32,000 bases of DNA, from NCBI GenBank assembly GCA_048882505.1, contig JBHLRO010000004.1, positions 140,193-172,192 on the forward strand. Direction: 5' to 3'. How positions within the stretch are numbered: position 1 is the stretch's first letter; each line of letters opens with the position of its first letter. Positions 1 through 8,991 of this stretch are shown here, piece after piece. The notes under the pieces are model-generated. The model worked only from the letters and a program-made list of their open reading frames with translations, was not told the origin of the DNA and did no database searches. Origin of the DNA: Candidatus Thorarchaeota archaeon. GTDB taxonomy: Archaea > Asgardarchaeota > Heimdallarchaeia > Hodarchaeales > Hodarchaeaceae. Position numbers and translations under genes: made by a program.

Positions 1-258
1 ATCGATATCGCGATCTACATACATGTTAAGCATCGTTGATCCTGAAATTGCGAGAAATAACCCCATGAGGAGCCAGAAAAAATTAGGCAATATAATCCCC
101 GTAGGCCATGCACTTATTAGAAAAGCAAATGCTACAGTATACATCAAGAGAAAAGTTTGTTTGACCTTAATTAATTCTCCATAAAGAGAAAAAGAAAAGG
201 AGGGATACATTGGCGCACCGTATCCCTGGATTGAATCTTGGATCTCTACTCGGGTCAT
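1..258 (-). CDS. ctaB: Protoheme IX farnesyltransferase (heme O synthase, UbiA family), 5' part; runs off the window edge; not in the ORF track
   Basis: Manual translation from ATG at 258: MTRVEIQ...ELIKVKQTFLLMYT...LAISGSTMLNMYVDRDID. NMYxDRDID is the CtaB/CyoE signature. The ATG overlaps the TGA of the upstream gene (ATGA, 255-258). Confidence 0.85.
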   Translation of the reverse strand, partial: MTRVEIQDSIQGYGAPMYPSFSFSLYGELIKVKQTFLLMYTVAFAFLISAWPTGIILPNFFWLLMGLFLAISGSTMLNMYVDRDID

Positions 259-1862
259 CCTGTTACATCCATCTTGCCCTTGAGGATTTCTATTAACTGA
301 TGGAAACAAAACATAATAAGCCCAAACACAAAAAGAACTATTCCAAGATCAATGATAAGGAAGGATAACTGCATCAGGGGAGTGTTTGCGATATATGTGT
401 CAATAATGGCCTCTACATTTGCCACTCCGTAATAGATGCTTTGTGTGATTCTAGGATCAAAGTGAGGGGAGTAAATGAAGATAACCGCAAATAGGAAGCC
501 AAGGATACTACCTATGTTCAGTATCCAACCAATCACTTGACGAACCCTGCCTTGAACATTCAAGTAGTCTAAAGCGAGAAGAAGCATTATGATCGCGGAA
601 AGTGTCGCCAAAACATGCCAGTGTCCTCGAGCCACCATCAGTTCAACAAATTCGGGGCCGCTTTCCCGAAACGATGGAATCCCAGTGATTCGGGTCAATA
701 TTGAATCGTCTCGTAGACTGAGGGCTAGAAAGATTCCAGGAAGAGTCATGACGATGTTTACCCAGATGAATTGAAAATATAAACCCAATTTCACGGGGTC
801 CTTGAAAGCGGCCTTGATACGAGTGAACCGCGATGAAGAATCGTATGAATTTCCCAAAATTTCTTTGCTGGTCTTCTTCCAACCTGTAAAGGCCAGAACA
901 ATTCCAGCCAGAAGGAGAATAGCAGCCCCAGCATAAATCAAATAATGCGAATCGAATGGCAAATTAATTTCGTCAGCGATAGTAACAAGCCAGGCTCCTA
1001 TTGACATTACTAGTATACCTGGTATAGTTAAAACCATGGATGCGAGATACCATCGCCCTTGTTGCTCGGGGAAGGTATAACGAAACACTACCAAGAGTAT
1101 CCCGACATCAATTAGTGCTAGCATGATATGGAGATGAGAGATTATTGCTGCTTCAAAGAGAGTATGTACAAGATGTCTTTCTATAAGAACGTGTTCAGCA
1201 AGGAATGCTTCAAATCCATTTCCAAAATATGCTCCTGCAGCAGCTCCGATTATCGTAGAAACTAAGACACAAAAAACAAACAATGCCAATGCGACTTGTG
1301 CAATATTAATACCGAACAGATAAGGGCCATCCAGCTTCTTTTCCGGATCTGGAAATTTTTTCCATGGAAACACTCCAATAAATAGAAAAAGCCCGCCTAG
1401 GAATACCAAAGAAAGGCCAAAAATAAAGAGCCCATGAATGATCCAGTTGTGAGGGAAGAAATAGGCAAATAATATTCCACAAATGGAAGCGATCATACTT
1501 CCAGGAAAAATCAAAATCTTAGTCCGGGATTCCCAATTCTTCCGAACATCGCAAAATTCCAGAATGAAGTAGGTTATCGCAGCCACAAAGGGGAGTGCAA
1601 ATGAATGATAAAGCATAACAATCCGTGCGACTCGTGTGCCATCATCTAATGTGATTGGTAACAGTGGAGCGCCAAGCAGGTTGACCATCGGTTCAGAGAA
1701 TGATCCCAAGGTTAAAATAAGGATAAATTCATAGACAATCGTGATTGTAAGTAATCCTCTATACGTTCCAAATCCATAATTTATTTTGGACCGTAACCAT
1801 TGGTTTTTACCAGGAAAAGAGTCTTCTTTGACTTTCTCAACGTGTATATTGGCCATCAACAT
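255..1862 (-). CDS. 12-TM His-rich membrane protein, probable heme-copper-oxidase-homology (HCO-like) fold; function unknown
   Basis: About 12 hydrophobic segments in three 4-TM units. His86 in TM2, HxH (243/245) in TM6, HxH (414/416, ARGHWHVL) in TM10. No HPEVY motif and no HH CuB pair. GAGGT SD upstream; true start may be ATG 1856. Confidence 0.6.
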   Translation of the reverse strand: MLMANIHVEKVKEDSFPGKNQWLRSKINYGFGTYRGLLTITIVYEFILILTLGSFSEPMVNLLGAPLLPITLDDGTRVARIVMLYHSFALPFVAAITYFILEFCDVRKNWESRTKILIFPGSMIASICGILFAYFFPHNWIIHGLFIFGLSLVFLGGLFLFIGVFPWKKFPDPEKKLDGPYLFGINIAQVALALFVFCVLVSTIIGAAAGAYFGNGFEAFLAEHVLIERHLVHTLFEAAIISHLHIMLALIDVGILLVVFRYTFPEQQGRWYLASMVLTIPGILVMSIGAWLVTIADEINLPFDSHYLIYAGAAILLLAGIVLAFTGWKKTSKEILGNSYDSSSRFTRIKAAFKDPVKLGLYFQFIWVNIVMTLPGIFLALSLRDDSILTRITGIPSFRESGPEFVELMVARGHWHVLATLSAIIMLLLALDYLNVQGRVRQVIGWILNIGSILGFLFAVIFIYSPHFDPRITQSIYYGVANVEAIIDTYIANTPLMQLSFLIIDLGIVLFVFGLIMFCFHQLIEILKGKMDVTG

Positions 1863-2265
1863 ACCTCGATTATGTCATTTTTAATGGTTAAAACATATTT
1901 ATTATTAAAAATTGCTGTTAGATTAATTACGATTTAAAAGCCGAGAACTCTAATCAGCATGGAGTAATTATGATCAGTTTTCTTGTTTTGCAATTTAAAA
2001 CCGTGTTAATAGTATTTGGTAAGGTTTTGAGAAGCAAGTTTACTTTGTGGGAGCCTGTTACGAAATAGTTACCTGGTAATTTTACTAGGAAAGACTTAAG
2101 AATAGGAATTATTTTTTGATTCATGACGATCTGAATCGTTCTTTTGCAGATTTGACATGATTTGGATTCAAGCCTTTCTGTGAAAGCGATGAAGGATAGG
2201 CAACGTTAGCTCCCAAAATGAACATTTGAACGAGAACCAAACAGTCTCTAAGGATTGATACGGAA

Positions 2266-2721
2266 TTGATAGAAACAGAAGTTGTTAAATCTGAAATTCA
2301 ACACTCAGTAGACGATTGTTCCGCCTTAATTGCCATTAAGATCCTAGGTCGTAAATGGATACCTTGGATAATCTGTGAACTCCTTGAGGAGAATAATCTG
2401 TACTTTTCTGATCTCTTGAAAAGAATAGAAGGAACTTATGGGAGAAAAATCTCCGCTCGAGTTCTATCAGAGTGTTTAAGTAGATTAGAAGAAAATGGAA
2501 TCCTTAGGCGAGAGGTTTTAGGTGGGACGATGCCCATAAGAGTGAGGTACTCTTTAACAGAGAAAGGGATCGATTTTCAAGTGATTTTCGCCGTTTTGAA
2601 GGGATGGGGTTTCAAATGGGGATCAGTACGACAAAAAAAATGCCGATCTTTTCATTGTATTCATAACAGTGTTCCAGTTATTGATATAGATAAAGCGTCA
2701 TCGCTTTTGGACGCTCCCTAG
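2266..2721 (+). CDS. HxlR-family winged-helix transcriptional regulator
   Basis: DCSALIAIKILGRKW start, ISARVLSECLSRLEENGIL recognition helix, RVRYSLTEKG wing; N-terminal Cys18. TTG start. Confidence 0.9.
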   Translation: MIETEVVKSEIQHSVDDCSALIAIKILGRKWIPWIICELLEENNLYFSDLLKRIEGTYGRKISARVLSECLSRLEENGILRREVLGGTMPIRVRYSLTEKGIDFQVIFAVLKGWGFKWGSVRQKKCRSFHCIHNSVPVIDIDKASSLLDAP

Positions 2722-2889
2722 GACAAAACTATTACTAGAGGAAAAGATCGCAAGTTTGGTATGCGCGTTCTGATGGTCCAGATTCCATCGTTCGATGTAA
2801 AGATGGGGATAGGAGACTGGATCTACAAACATCTGTTCTTCAGTAAGTAAATCAGTCCTATCAAGCCATTGAGAGTCCAGGCGAGGGTC

Positions 2890-3633
2890 TTACGTTTGGG
2901 TAGAGGTGGGGATCGGTGAATAAAACATGTTAAGCAAATATCCAATTAACCGAATCAATACTCCAAGGAAGAGAGTGAGTATACCACCAAGGAATTGCAG
3001 TTCTTCAAAATCATAGCCTACGTTCACACCATTAATTATGTGGGTGGCAGGCATAATATATGGCTGTAACATCAATACAATCCCAAATCCGAACAAAACA
3101 AAGGCGAAATCAGAAATCTGTGTTCCCGTACTCATTCCTGGGAGGGTGGCTTTCTCTTCAACCATGCTTTGTATTTCAGTTCTCATTACGGGGAGGAGGA
3201 GCACGATTAGAATAACCGCATTGATAATTGTACGGAACCATGAGGGAGTAAATACCATACCAGTGACTCCATAGCTCGCCCACCATTCATAAAATAGAAT
3301 GGCCACTGGAATAAATCCACTTAGGAATCCTGCTATACTGGTGATTAGCGCCGAATTATAGAACCATGGCTTTTTCACCCTCAAAGCCCAAAATAGAACA
3401 CCCCAAGCCAACGCAACCAACCAGGTGACTATGTAGGTGAGGATGAAGACTAGTTGAAAATCTGCAATAATGGAGAATGAGGGTACCTTCCACCATTGGG
3501 GATCAAAAGTTGTGCATGTACTTCCAATTGCACTTACCAATCCGATTGCGGCAGCTGCGCCGGACAATACCAATAAAATTGTAGTTTTCCTGCTCAAATC
3601 CATTCCTTTCCTTTTTTCTCTCTCAATTTTCAT
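2890..3633 (-). CDS. Hypothetical multi-pass membrane protein (about 6-7 TM)
   Basis: 247-aa ORF with repeated hydrophobic segments and no recognised motif; start may be the Met at 3603. Confidence 0.7.
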   Translation of the reverse strand: MKIEREKRKGMDLSRKTTILLVLSGAAAAIGLVSAIGSTCTTFDPQWWKVPSFSIIADFQLVFILTYIVTWLVALAWGVLFWALRVKKPWFYNSALITSIAGFLSGFIPVAILFYEWWASYGVTGMVFTPSWFRTIINAVILIVLLLPVMRTEIQSMVEEKATLPGMSTGTQISDFAFVLFGFGIVLMLQPYIMPATHIINGVNVGYDFEELQFLGGILTLFLGVLIRLIGYLLNMFYSPIPTSTQT

Positions 3634-3751
3634 AGTTTCTGTGAATGTGAAAATTGATCAGAGGATTCAGATTTTTGCTTCTGATACAGGTTTTCTAGGG
3701 AGATTAAGATTATGAGCGTTTGCTAAAGTGTTAATAATCTAGTATGCAGAA

Positions 3752-3766
3752 AGTAACCTAATTACT
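3752..3766. promoter_or_regulatory. Palindrome AGTAA-N5-TTACT, candidate transcription-factor site
   Basis: Perfect 5-bp arms in an intergenic region; related AAAGTAACC copies at 10554-10570 and 11824-11840. Confidence 0.35.
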
Positions 3767-3886
3767 CTCCGTCCTCTGTCCTAGGGGGACTTTACCTGTA
3801 ATTTCTGGGTTTCATTCAATTCAAAACCTCAAACTTGGAGGCTTCTTTATGAATTCATAATCCTTCGAGGCAGATGTTGGGTTTTA

Positions 3887-4276
3887 CTAGGTGTATTTCG
3901 AGGGACACTTAGTACTGATCAATCTTGCCTTGAACTTCCATAGATTAGCTATAGAGAGGAGCTCTCCTTCAACAAGCACTGTTTTTCCAATCTCAAATCC
4001 TGAGGGTCTTATCACATTAGTTGAATTGACATAAATGAGTAATGACGTATTATCAACGTCTTCAGGATCAGAGATATAGAAACCCGTGCTATTCATGTCT
4101 TCTACAACTCCTATAACTTGGATATTTTTATTCATTAAAGAATCGGGTTGAGAATGATCTATTAGTTCTTTTACGGTAAATACTGGAGTAGAAGTATTTG
4201 CTATGAGAAGAAAGAAAGCACCCAAGCAAACAATGACAGTCGAGATAACTATGATAAGATTTTTTGTACCAGTCAT
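3887..4276 (-). CDS. ccmE: Cytochrome c maturation heme chaperone CcmE, CxxxY variant
   Basis: N-terminal TM, OB-fold-like core (IQVIGVV...VLVEG), C-terminal KCPSKY; lies 18 nt downstream of ccmF. Confidence 0.85.
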   Translation of the reverse strand: MTGTKNLIIVISTVIVCLGAFFLLIANTSTPVFTVKELIDHSQPDSLMNKNIQVIGVVEDMNSTGFYISDPEDVDNTSLLIYVNSTNVIRPSGFEIGKTVLVEGELLSIANLWKFKARLISTKCPSKYT

Positions 4277-4294
4277 TCTGTTCGCCCTCGGTTT

Positions 4295-6520
4295 CTATGA
4301 TTTCATTTGAGTGGGAATACTTTCTCCAGGCTTAATTCTACCTTTGTCTGCCTTGGATGAAGAGAATACCTGTTTGACATCAATAAATCTCTTGATCGTT
4401 AAGGGAATCATTGCAAAATGCAAGAGAAGGCAGCCAATCCAGAGCACACCGATATAAGGGATTATCCTTATTTGCAGAGTACACATGTCAAATCTGTTGG
4501 TAATCCTATTTTGAAATACTCCCGAAGTAACCACATATATATCTGCAAGGAGGTCGCTAATGATGGTTACCTTTGGATTTTGTCTGTCTACACGATCCAG
4601 AGCAAATTGACTGATGGCAACACCGATTACTCGCGTACCTGTGGTGATCATGAAAGTGGTATCGTATTCAACAGAGTTTTGCCCGCTTTCAGGAAATCTT
4701 TGATCCAAATCCAGTATTGAAATTTTGAGAGATGTACCTGCTATTTCATACTCATTTCCCGCTTGAACCGTGATTTCGTGAGTAAGTACCATATTAGCAC
4801 TTAGAATTGCTCCCAAAATAATCACTAGGAATGATAAATGCAACATTATCTGGGAAGATTTCCGCATTAGCTGTTTTTCTTCCTTTAGTGCTACAGTTAT
4901 GAATTCAATGAAGAGGCCCACCATTCCCAGAACAATGAGCGGGACGACCAAATTTGCCTTATCACTAGTAGTCCAAAAATTACTGAAGAATGCCGAAATC
5001 AGATTCCCGTCTCCTAGAATTGATGAAAGAATTCCATTTCGATGTAGGATTCCGCTAACAGCGAACAGAATCCCCGCAGTGACTCCCCCAAATACTAATC
5101 CGAATTTTCCTTTCAAACTTATTCTGGGGTAAAAGGTACAGAAAAACTGTGTTAAAAGCATTATACCTCCAAACAAGGCAAGCATTGTATTATAAAAAGG
5201 TGGACCAATCGATAAAGTAAATTCAAACCCATTAGGACTCAACGTAACAATATACCCAAGAATGTCAATCAAGATCGGTGTTATTAAACCTAGGATCATA
5301 ACGATTGTCCCGAAAAAAAGGGCGAGATATGAGATTTTTAACGCGGTTCGTCGGGCCTTCTTTGTTTGAAAATCAGATTTGGTCAATGTAATAGGAAGAC
5401 GCATAATTTCTTCGTTTTTTATACCCATTAAATGCACAGCAATAAAGGTTACAAGAATAACAACGAATAACAGTAACATCCTTTCATCAGGGATTATTCT
5501 TAAAATAATTGCCATAATAAAGCTATTTGAAGGTATGACGATCGTCAAAAGACTTTCTAGAATTCCATCTGGAGCAAATGTGTGAACACTGGAGAGAATT
5601 CCGCTTCGTGTTAGATACGTTGCAAATAAGGCGCCAAGGTACGTCATACTGATGATATAATTTCCAAGATATTCGTTTTTACGATGAAAAGACATTCCAT
5701 GGAAGTAAAGGGTTAAGAATAGCCAGGGTATTAATGAAGCTGTCTCTACGGGATCCCATGCCCAAAAACCCCCCCATCCGAGGGTTACATAAGCCCAATA
5801 GCCACCAATGATAATACCCGAGCCCAAAACAAGCCAAGCTAGGGTAACTACAAAATCAAAGTATTTATCTACCTTATCTTTTCCATCAAAATTGGGAACT
5901 TTCCCTTTTTCAAGAATGGAAATTCGAACAATTCCAATAACCATAGGAATTAAACATAAAGCGTAGCCCACAAATATTATAGGCGGGTGGATAAAATTCC
6001 AGAAATTCATTAATAGTGGATTGAGGCCAATACCATCTGTCTTTGGTATAGGTTCGATTCTAAATGGTTCACTTAAGATTGTCAATAAGGTCAATAATGC
6101 CACTTGAAATGCCATCAGCGCAAATACACGCCAGAAAAAGGTTTCATGTGAGTATTGCCGGAATAGTAATCGCGTTATGGTATAGATAACTATCGCTAGA
6201 AACGCCCAGAAGAAATAAGAGCCCGCCTGACCTGACCAAATAGCAGATATCCTCATAAAAATATCCATACTATTGTTTACAAAACTACTAACGTATGTGA
6301 AACCATAATCAGCGGTAATGACAGAGAAACCAAAATAAACAAATGAAGTTATCAATGCTAATCCGCTGATAATGAGGCTTATCTCCGAATAATCTTCCCA
6401 TCTTTCGATGTATTCGCCCAAAAGTACAATGAATAAATCAAAAATCAAGCCTATGAGGCTTACAAGGAGTAAAACTACCCCTAAATCCATTCCAAATATA
6501 CCTAAATTAATGTAAAACAT
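4295..6520 (-). CDS. ccmF: Cytochrome c biogenesis heme lyase CcmF
   Basis: IHPP, WGGFWAWDPVETASLIPW (WWD domain), TRSGILSSVHTF, HLSFL; multi-TM. Confidence 0.92.
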   Translation of the reverse strand: MFYINLGIFGMDLGVVLLLVSLIGLIFDLFIVLLGEYIERWEDYSEISLIISGLALITSFVYFGFSVITADYGFTYVSSFVNNSMDIFMRISAIWSGQAGSYFFWAFLAIVIYTITRLLFRQYSHETFFWRVFALMAFQVALLTLLTILSEPFRIEPIPKTDGIGLNPLLMNFWNFIHPPIIFVGYALCLIPMVIGIVRISILEKGKVPNFDGKDKVDKYFDFVVTLAWLVLGSGIIIGGYWAYVTLGWGGFWAWDPVETASLIPWLFLTLYFHGMSFHRKNEYLGNYIISMTYLGALFATYLTRSGILSSVHTFAPDGILESLLTIVIPSNSFIMAIILRIIPDERMLLLFVVILVTFIAVHLMGIKNEEIMRLPITLTKSDFQTKKARRTALKISYLALFFGTIVMILGLITPILIDILGYIVTLSPNGFEFTLSIGPPFYNTMLALFGGIMLLTQFFCTFYPRISLKGKFGLVFGGVTAGILFAVSGILHRNGILSSILGDGNLISAFFSNFWTTSDKANLVVPLIVLGMVGLFIEFITVALKEEKQLMRKSSQIMLHLSFLVIILGAILSANMVLTHEITVQAGNEYEIAGTSLKISILDLDQRFPESGQNSVEYDTTFMITTGTRVIGVAISQFALDRVDRQNPKVTIISDLLADIYVVTSGVFQNRITNRFDMCTLQIRIIPYIGVLWIGCLLLHFAMIPLTIKRFIDVKQVFSSSKADKGRIKPGESIPTQMKS

Positions 6521-6537
6521 TTTTTCATCTCCATTGT

Positions 6538-8760
6538 CTACTTAACGCTCTTTACACCTCTTCTGGCTCTCCTTCCTTTCCGTCTTTGGTATCTTTCAGC
6601 CCTCATGGACTTTAATGTCCTACGTGCGCTCTTTTTCTTTAGTTCGACATATCCATAAAGCCCTCCAGGAATACCAACCAAAACTACAGCTAGTACCAGG
6701 ACTATGAAAGAGATTGGAACTGGCTGTAGCGGTGCAAGTATTTGAAATGCCCCGCTCTGACCGTAACCATAATTGCCGCGATCATCGATGGCCTCAAAAT
6801 AATAGGCATATGTACCTACAAGATATAATCCATTAGGAAAATTGACTTTCCAAAGATGAGGACCAATCTTGTTTAGGGATACGGATTCTTCGGTGGTTTC
6901 GGGAAGATGGTAATACATACGAACTGATTGAACTTCCCCTTGGACAGGGACATCGATTGCTGTTACAACGATTGAAAATTCTGCTCCGGGAATGATTTCA
7001 GTCGAGGGATCAAAACCCACTTCTGCAATATGAGGCGCCCAAACATCATGTCTCCAAAGGATTTCATAAAAACCACGGACAACCTGATTCCCTAAGGTGT
7101 CATTAACGATGATATAAAACCCAATCTTTGTACCTTCTTTGTGAGAAGGAAGTTCCAAGTTATAGAGACCCCCAACTTTGGCACTCGGCTCCATGTCTAT
7201 TAATTCGTAAGGAGCCTCATCTAGCGTATAGTTAAACAAGACGTCTGATATCCCATCAGAATCAGATGCTGCAACTGTTACTGTTACAGATTCTTGGGGA
7301 CGGGGATTCGAAGGTGACCAGATGGCATTAAGAACCCCCGGTTTGCTGTACATCCAGAGATTTGCCAATTCGTACACGGATAATGCCTGTGTAACACTGA
7401 ATTTGTTGTTCCAATAATCAGAACCGACTGATCCATCAGCATTTGTTATTTGATAATAGCCCAAGTGATTTTGATCGTATAACTTATTGTTGAGGAATTC
7501 AACAATATCTAGAATGATATTGTAGAATATATCCTTATTTGTGACCTTAAATGCTTCATCAAGGGCCCTGATGCCGTAAAAAAGTCTCTCGGTGTATTTC
7601 TTTTCATCTCTCTGAATAGATTCATCGGATGAGTAGGTTGCGTAAAACCCGCCATATCGTGAATCCCAAAAATCGAGCATGACGATATTTATCAGGTACA
7701 TAAAGTCATAATAATATCTAATATCTTCTGTGGAATTATAAAGATGGGCCAGAAAGCTAAGGATAAGTGAGTTCGTAAAAATATCCACTGAGGACGGATT
7801 TACGACATCTTTTTTGCTATCCAATCCATCATAAAACAATCCAGTTTTGGCATCTCTGCACGTTTCATTTAAGAAATCAAAAATCTGGATAGCTTTTGCA
7901 AGATATTCCTCATCGTTTTCAACCTGATATAGATTCAGTAGTACATCTCCCATTAATGCGTTATGATCAACCCTAACGGATCCAGGATCGAAGGGATCGT
8001 TAGGACTTGGATTTTCAGTCGCAGTTAATCCATAATGAGTGAGTAAATAATCGTAATATCCATAATTGCCCTTCCATGCATGAGAATCTAGAAATTCTTG
8101 TGCATCTAACGCGATTTCATGATAGCTCTGATTTTCAGTAGTCTCATAGAGAGCTAAAAGCGCCTGGATGGCTTTTGCGTTAACTCCTGGCTTTTTGTAT
8201 TGATTATTTGAAGCAATATAGAATCCACCGACATTATTGTCGTACAGATCTCTGATCAGGCAGTTTCCAGTTTCTATGGCAATCTCAAGAGCAAAATTTC
8301 TTTCTGCCTCATTAATTACAGCATCTGAAAGTTTTAACAATGCCAAAATCGCTTGGGCATTATCATAGGTACGCTTTAGGTGATTTACGGAACTTGGCTC
8401 CCAATTTACGCCCGCAGAAACGTAAAAACCTCCTGAAACGTTATCATATAAATAATCAATAAGAGCATTAGCAATTTCCACTGAATAATAAAGAAAATTC
8501 GGAAAATATGCTTCAGGATCATCTGTAGTTTCTGAAGTTGACTTCCATCGAACGGGGAAACTATTCTGAGAATCTTCGTCGATTTCTCGTACTATTTGCC
8601 CTCCCCTGGTGTTATAATTTAAATAGGCAAAGCTCGGGTTCGAAAAACCAATGAAGCTCTGAAAGACTAGGATATTCGCCAAAACCAAGAGGAGGGCACA
8701 ATTCAACCATTTGGTTTTTCCATTACGGAAATTCAAGGTAATTTGCATAATAGTGTTCAT
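6538..8760 (-). CDS. Exported, membrane-anchored six-hairpin (alpha/alpha)6-barrel protein (YyaL/AGE/GH76-like) with C-terminal Ig-like domains
   Basis: Repeated (L/W)(Y)D..GG(F/Y)Y units; HLKRTYDNAQ resembles the YyaL motif HFEKMLYDNAQ. N-terminal hydrophobic signal, C-terminal TM plus very basic tail. Frame is open to 8904; likely start is ATG 8760 or 8748 after AGGAGA. Confidence 0.6.
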   Translation of the reverse strand: MNTIMQITLNFRNGKTKWLNCALLLVLANILVFQSFIGFSNPSFAYLNYNTRGGQIVREIDEDSQNSFPVRWKSTSETTDDPEAYFPNFLYYSVEIANALIDYLYDNVSGGFYVSAGVNWEPSSVNHLKRTYDNAQAILALLKLSDAVINEAERNFALEIAIETGNCLIRDLYDNNVGGFYIASNNQYKKPGVNAKAIQALLALYETTENQSYHEIALDAQEFLDSHAWKGNYGYYDYLLTHYGLTATENPSPNDPFDPGSVRVDHNALMGDVLLNLYQVENDEEYLAKAIQIFDFLNETCRDAKTGLFYDGLDSKKDVVNPSSVDIFTNSLILSFLAHLYNSTEDIRYYYDFMYLINIVMLDFWDSRYGGFYATYSSDESIQRDEKKYTERLFYGIRALDEAFKVTNKDIFYNIILDIVEFLNNKLYDQNHLGYYQITNADGSVGSDYWNNKFSVTQALSVYELANLWMYSKPGVLNAIWSPSNPRPQESVTVTVAASDSDGISDVLFNYTLDEAPYELIDMEPSAKVGGLYNLELPSHKEGTKIGFYIIVNDTLGNQVVRGFYEILWRHDVWAPHIAEVGFDPSTEIIPGAEFSIVVTAIDVPVQGEVQSVRMYYHLPETTEESVSLNKIGPHLWKVNFPNGLYLVGTYAYYFEAIDDRGNYGYGQSGAFQILAPLQPVPISFIVLVLAVVLVGIPGGLYGYVELKKKSARRTLKSMRAERYQRRKGRRARRGVKSVK

Positions 8761-8991
8761 TCTCCTTAAATAAACTATTAAACCAGTTATTTCTGAATAA
8801 ATTTTCGATTTGCTTCTCAAATGCGGGTTAAAAGACAAAAAACACAGCGTTCTTCTTCCCAACTCCCAGCCGGCTGATAGAAAAAACGATAAGAACAGCA
8901 ACAAATTGCTGCTGTTCTTATATTGACAATGGATAGCTTATTCTGAAGCTTATTCACGTAGTAGATTCCAAAGAATCTTTACTTTGCTCCG

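Noticed and set aside
2722-2850. 42 open codons after the HxlR TAG (possible pyrrolysine readthrough)
   Set aside because: The HxlR domain is already complete, the extension has no recognisable motif, and there is no pyl machinery in the window.
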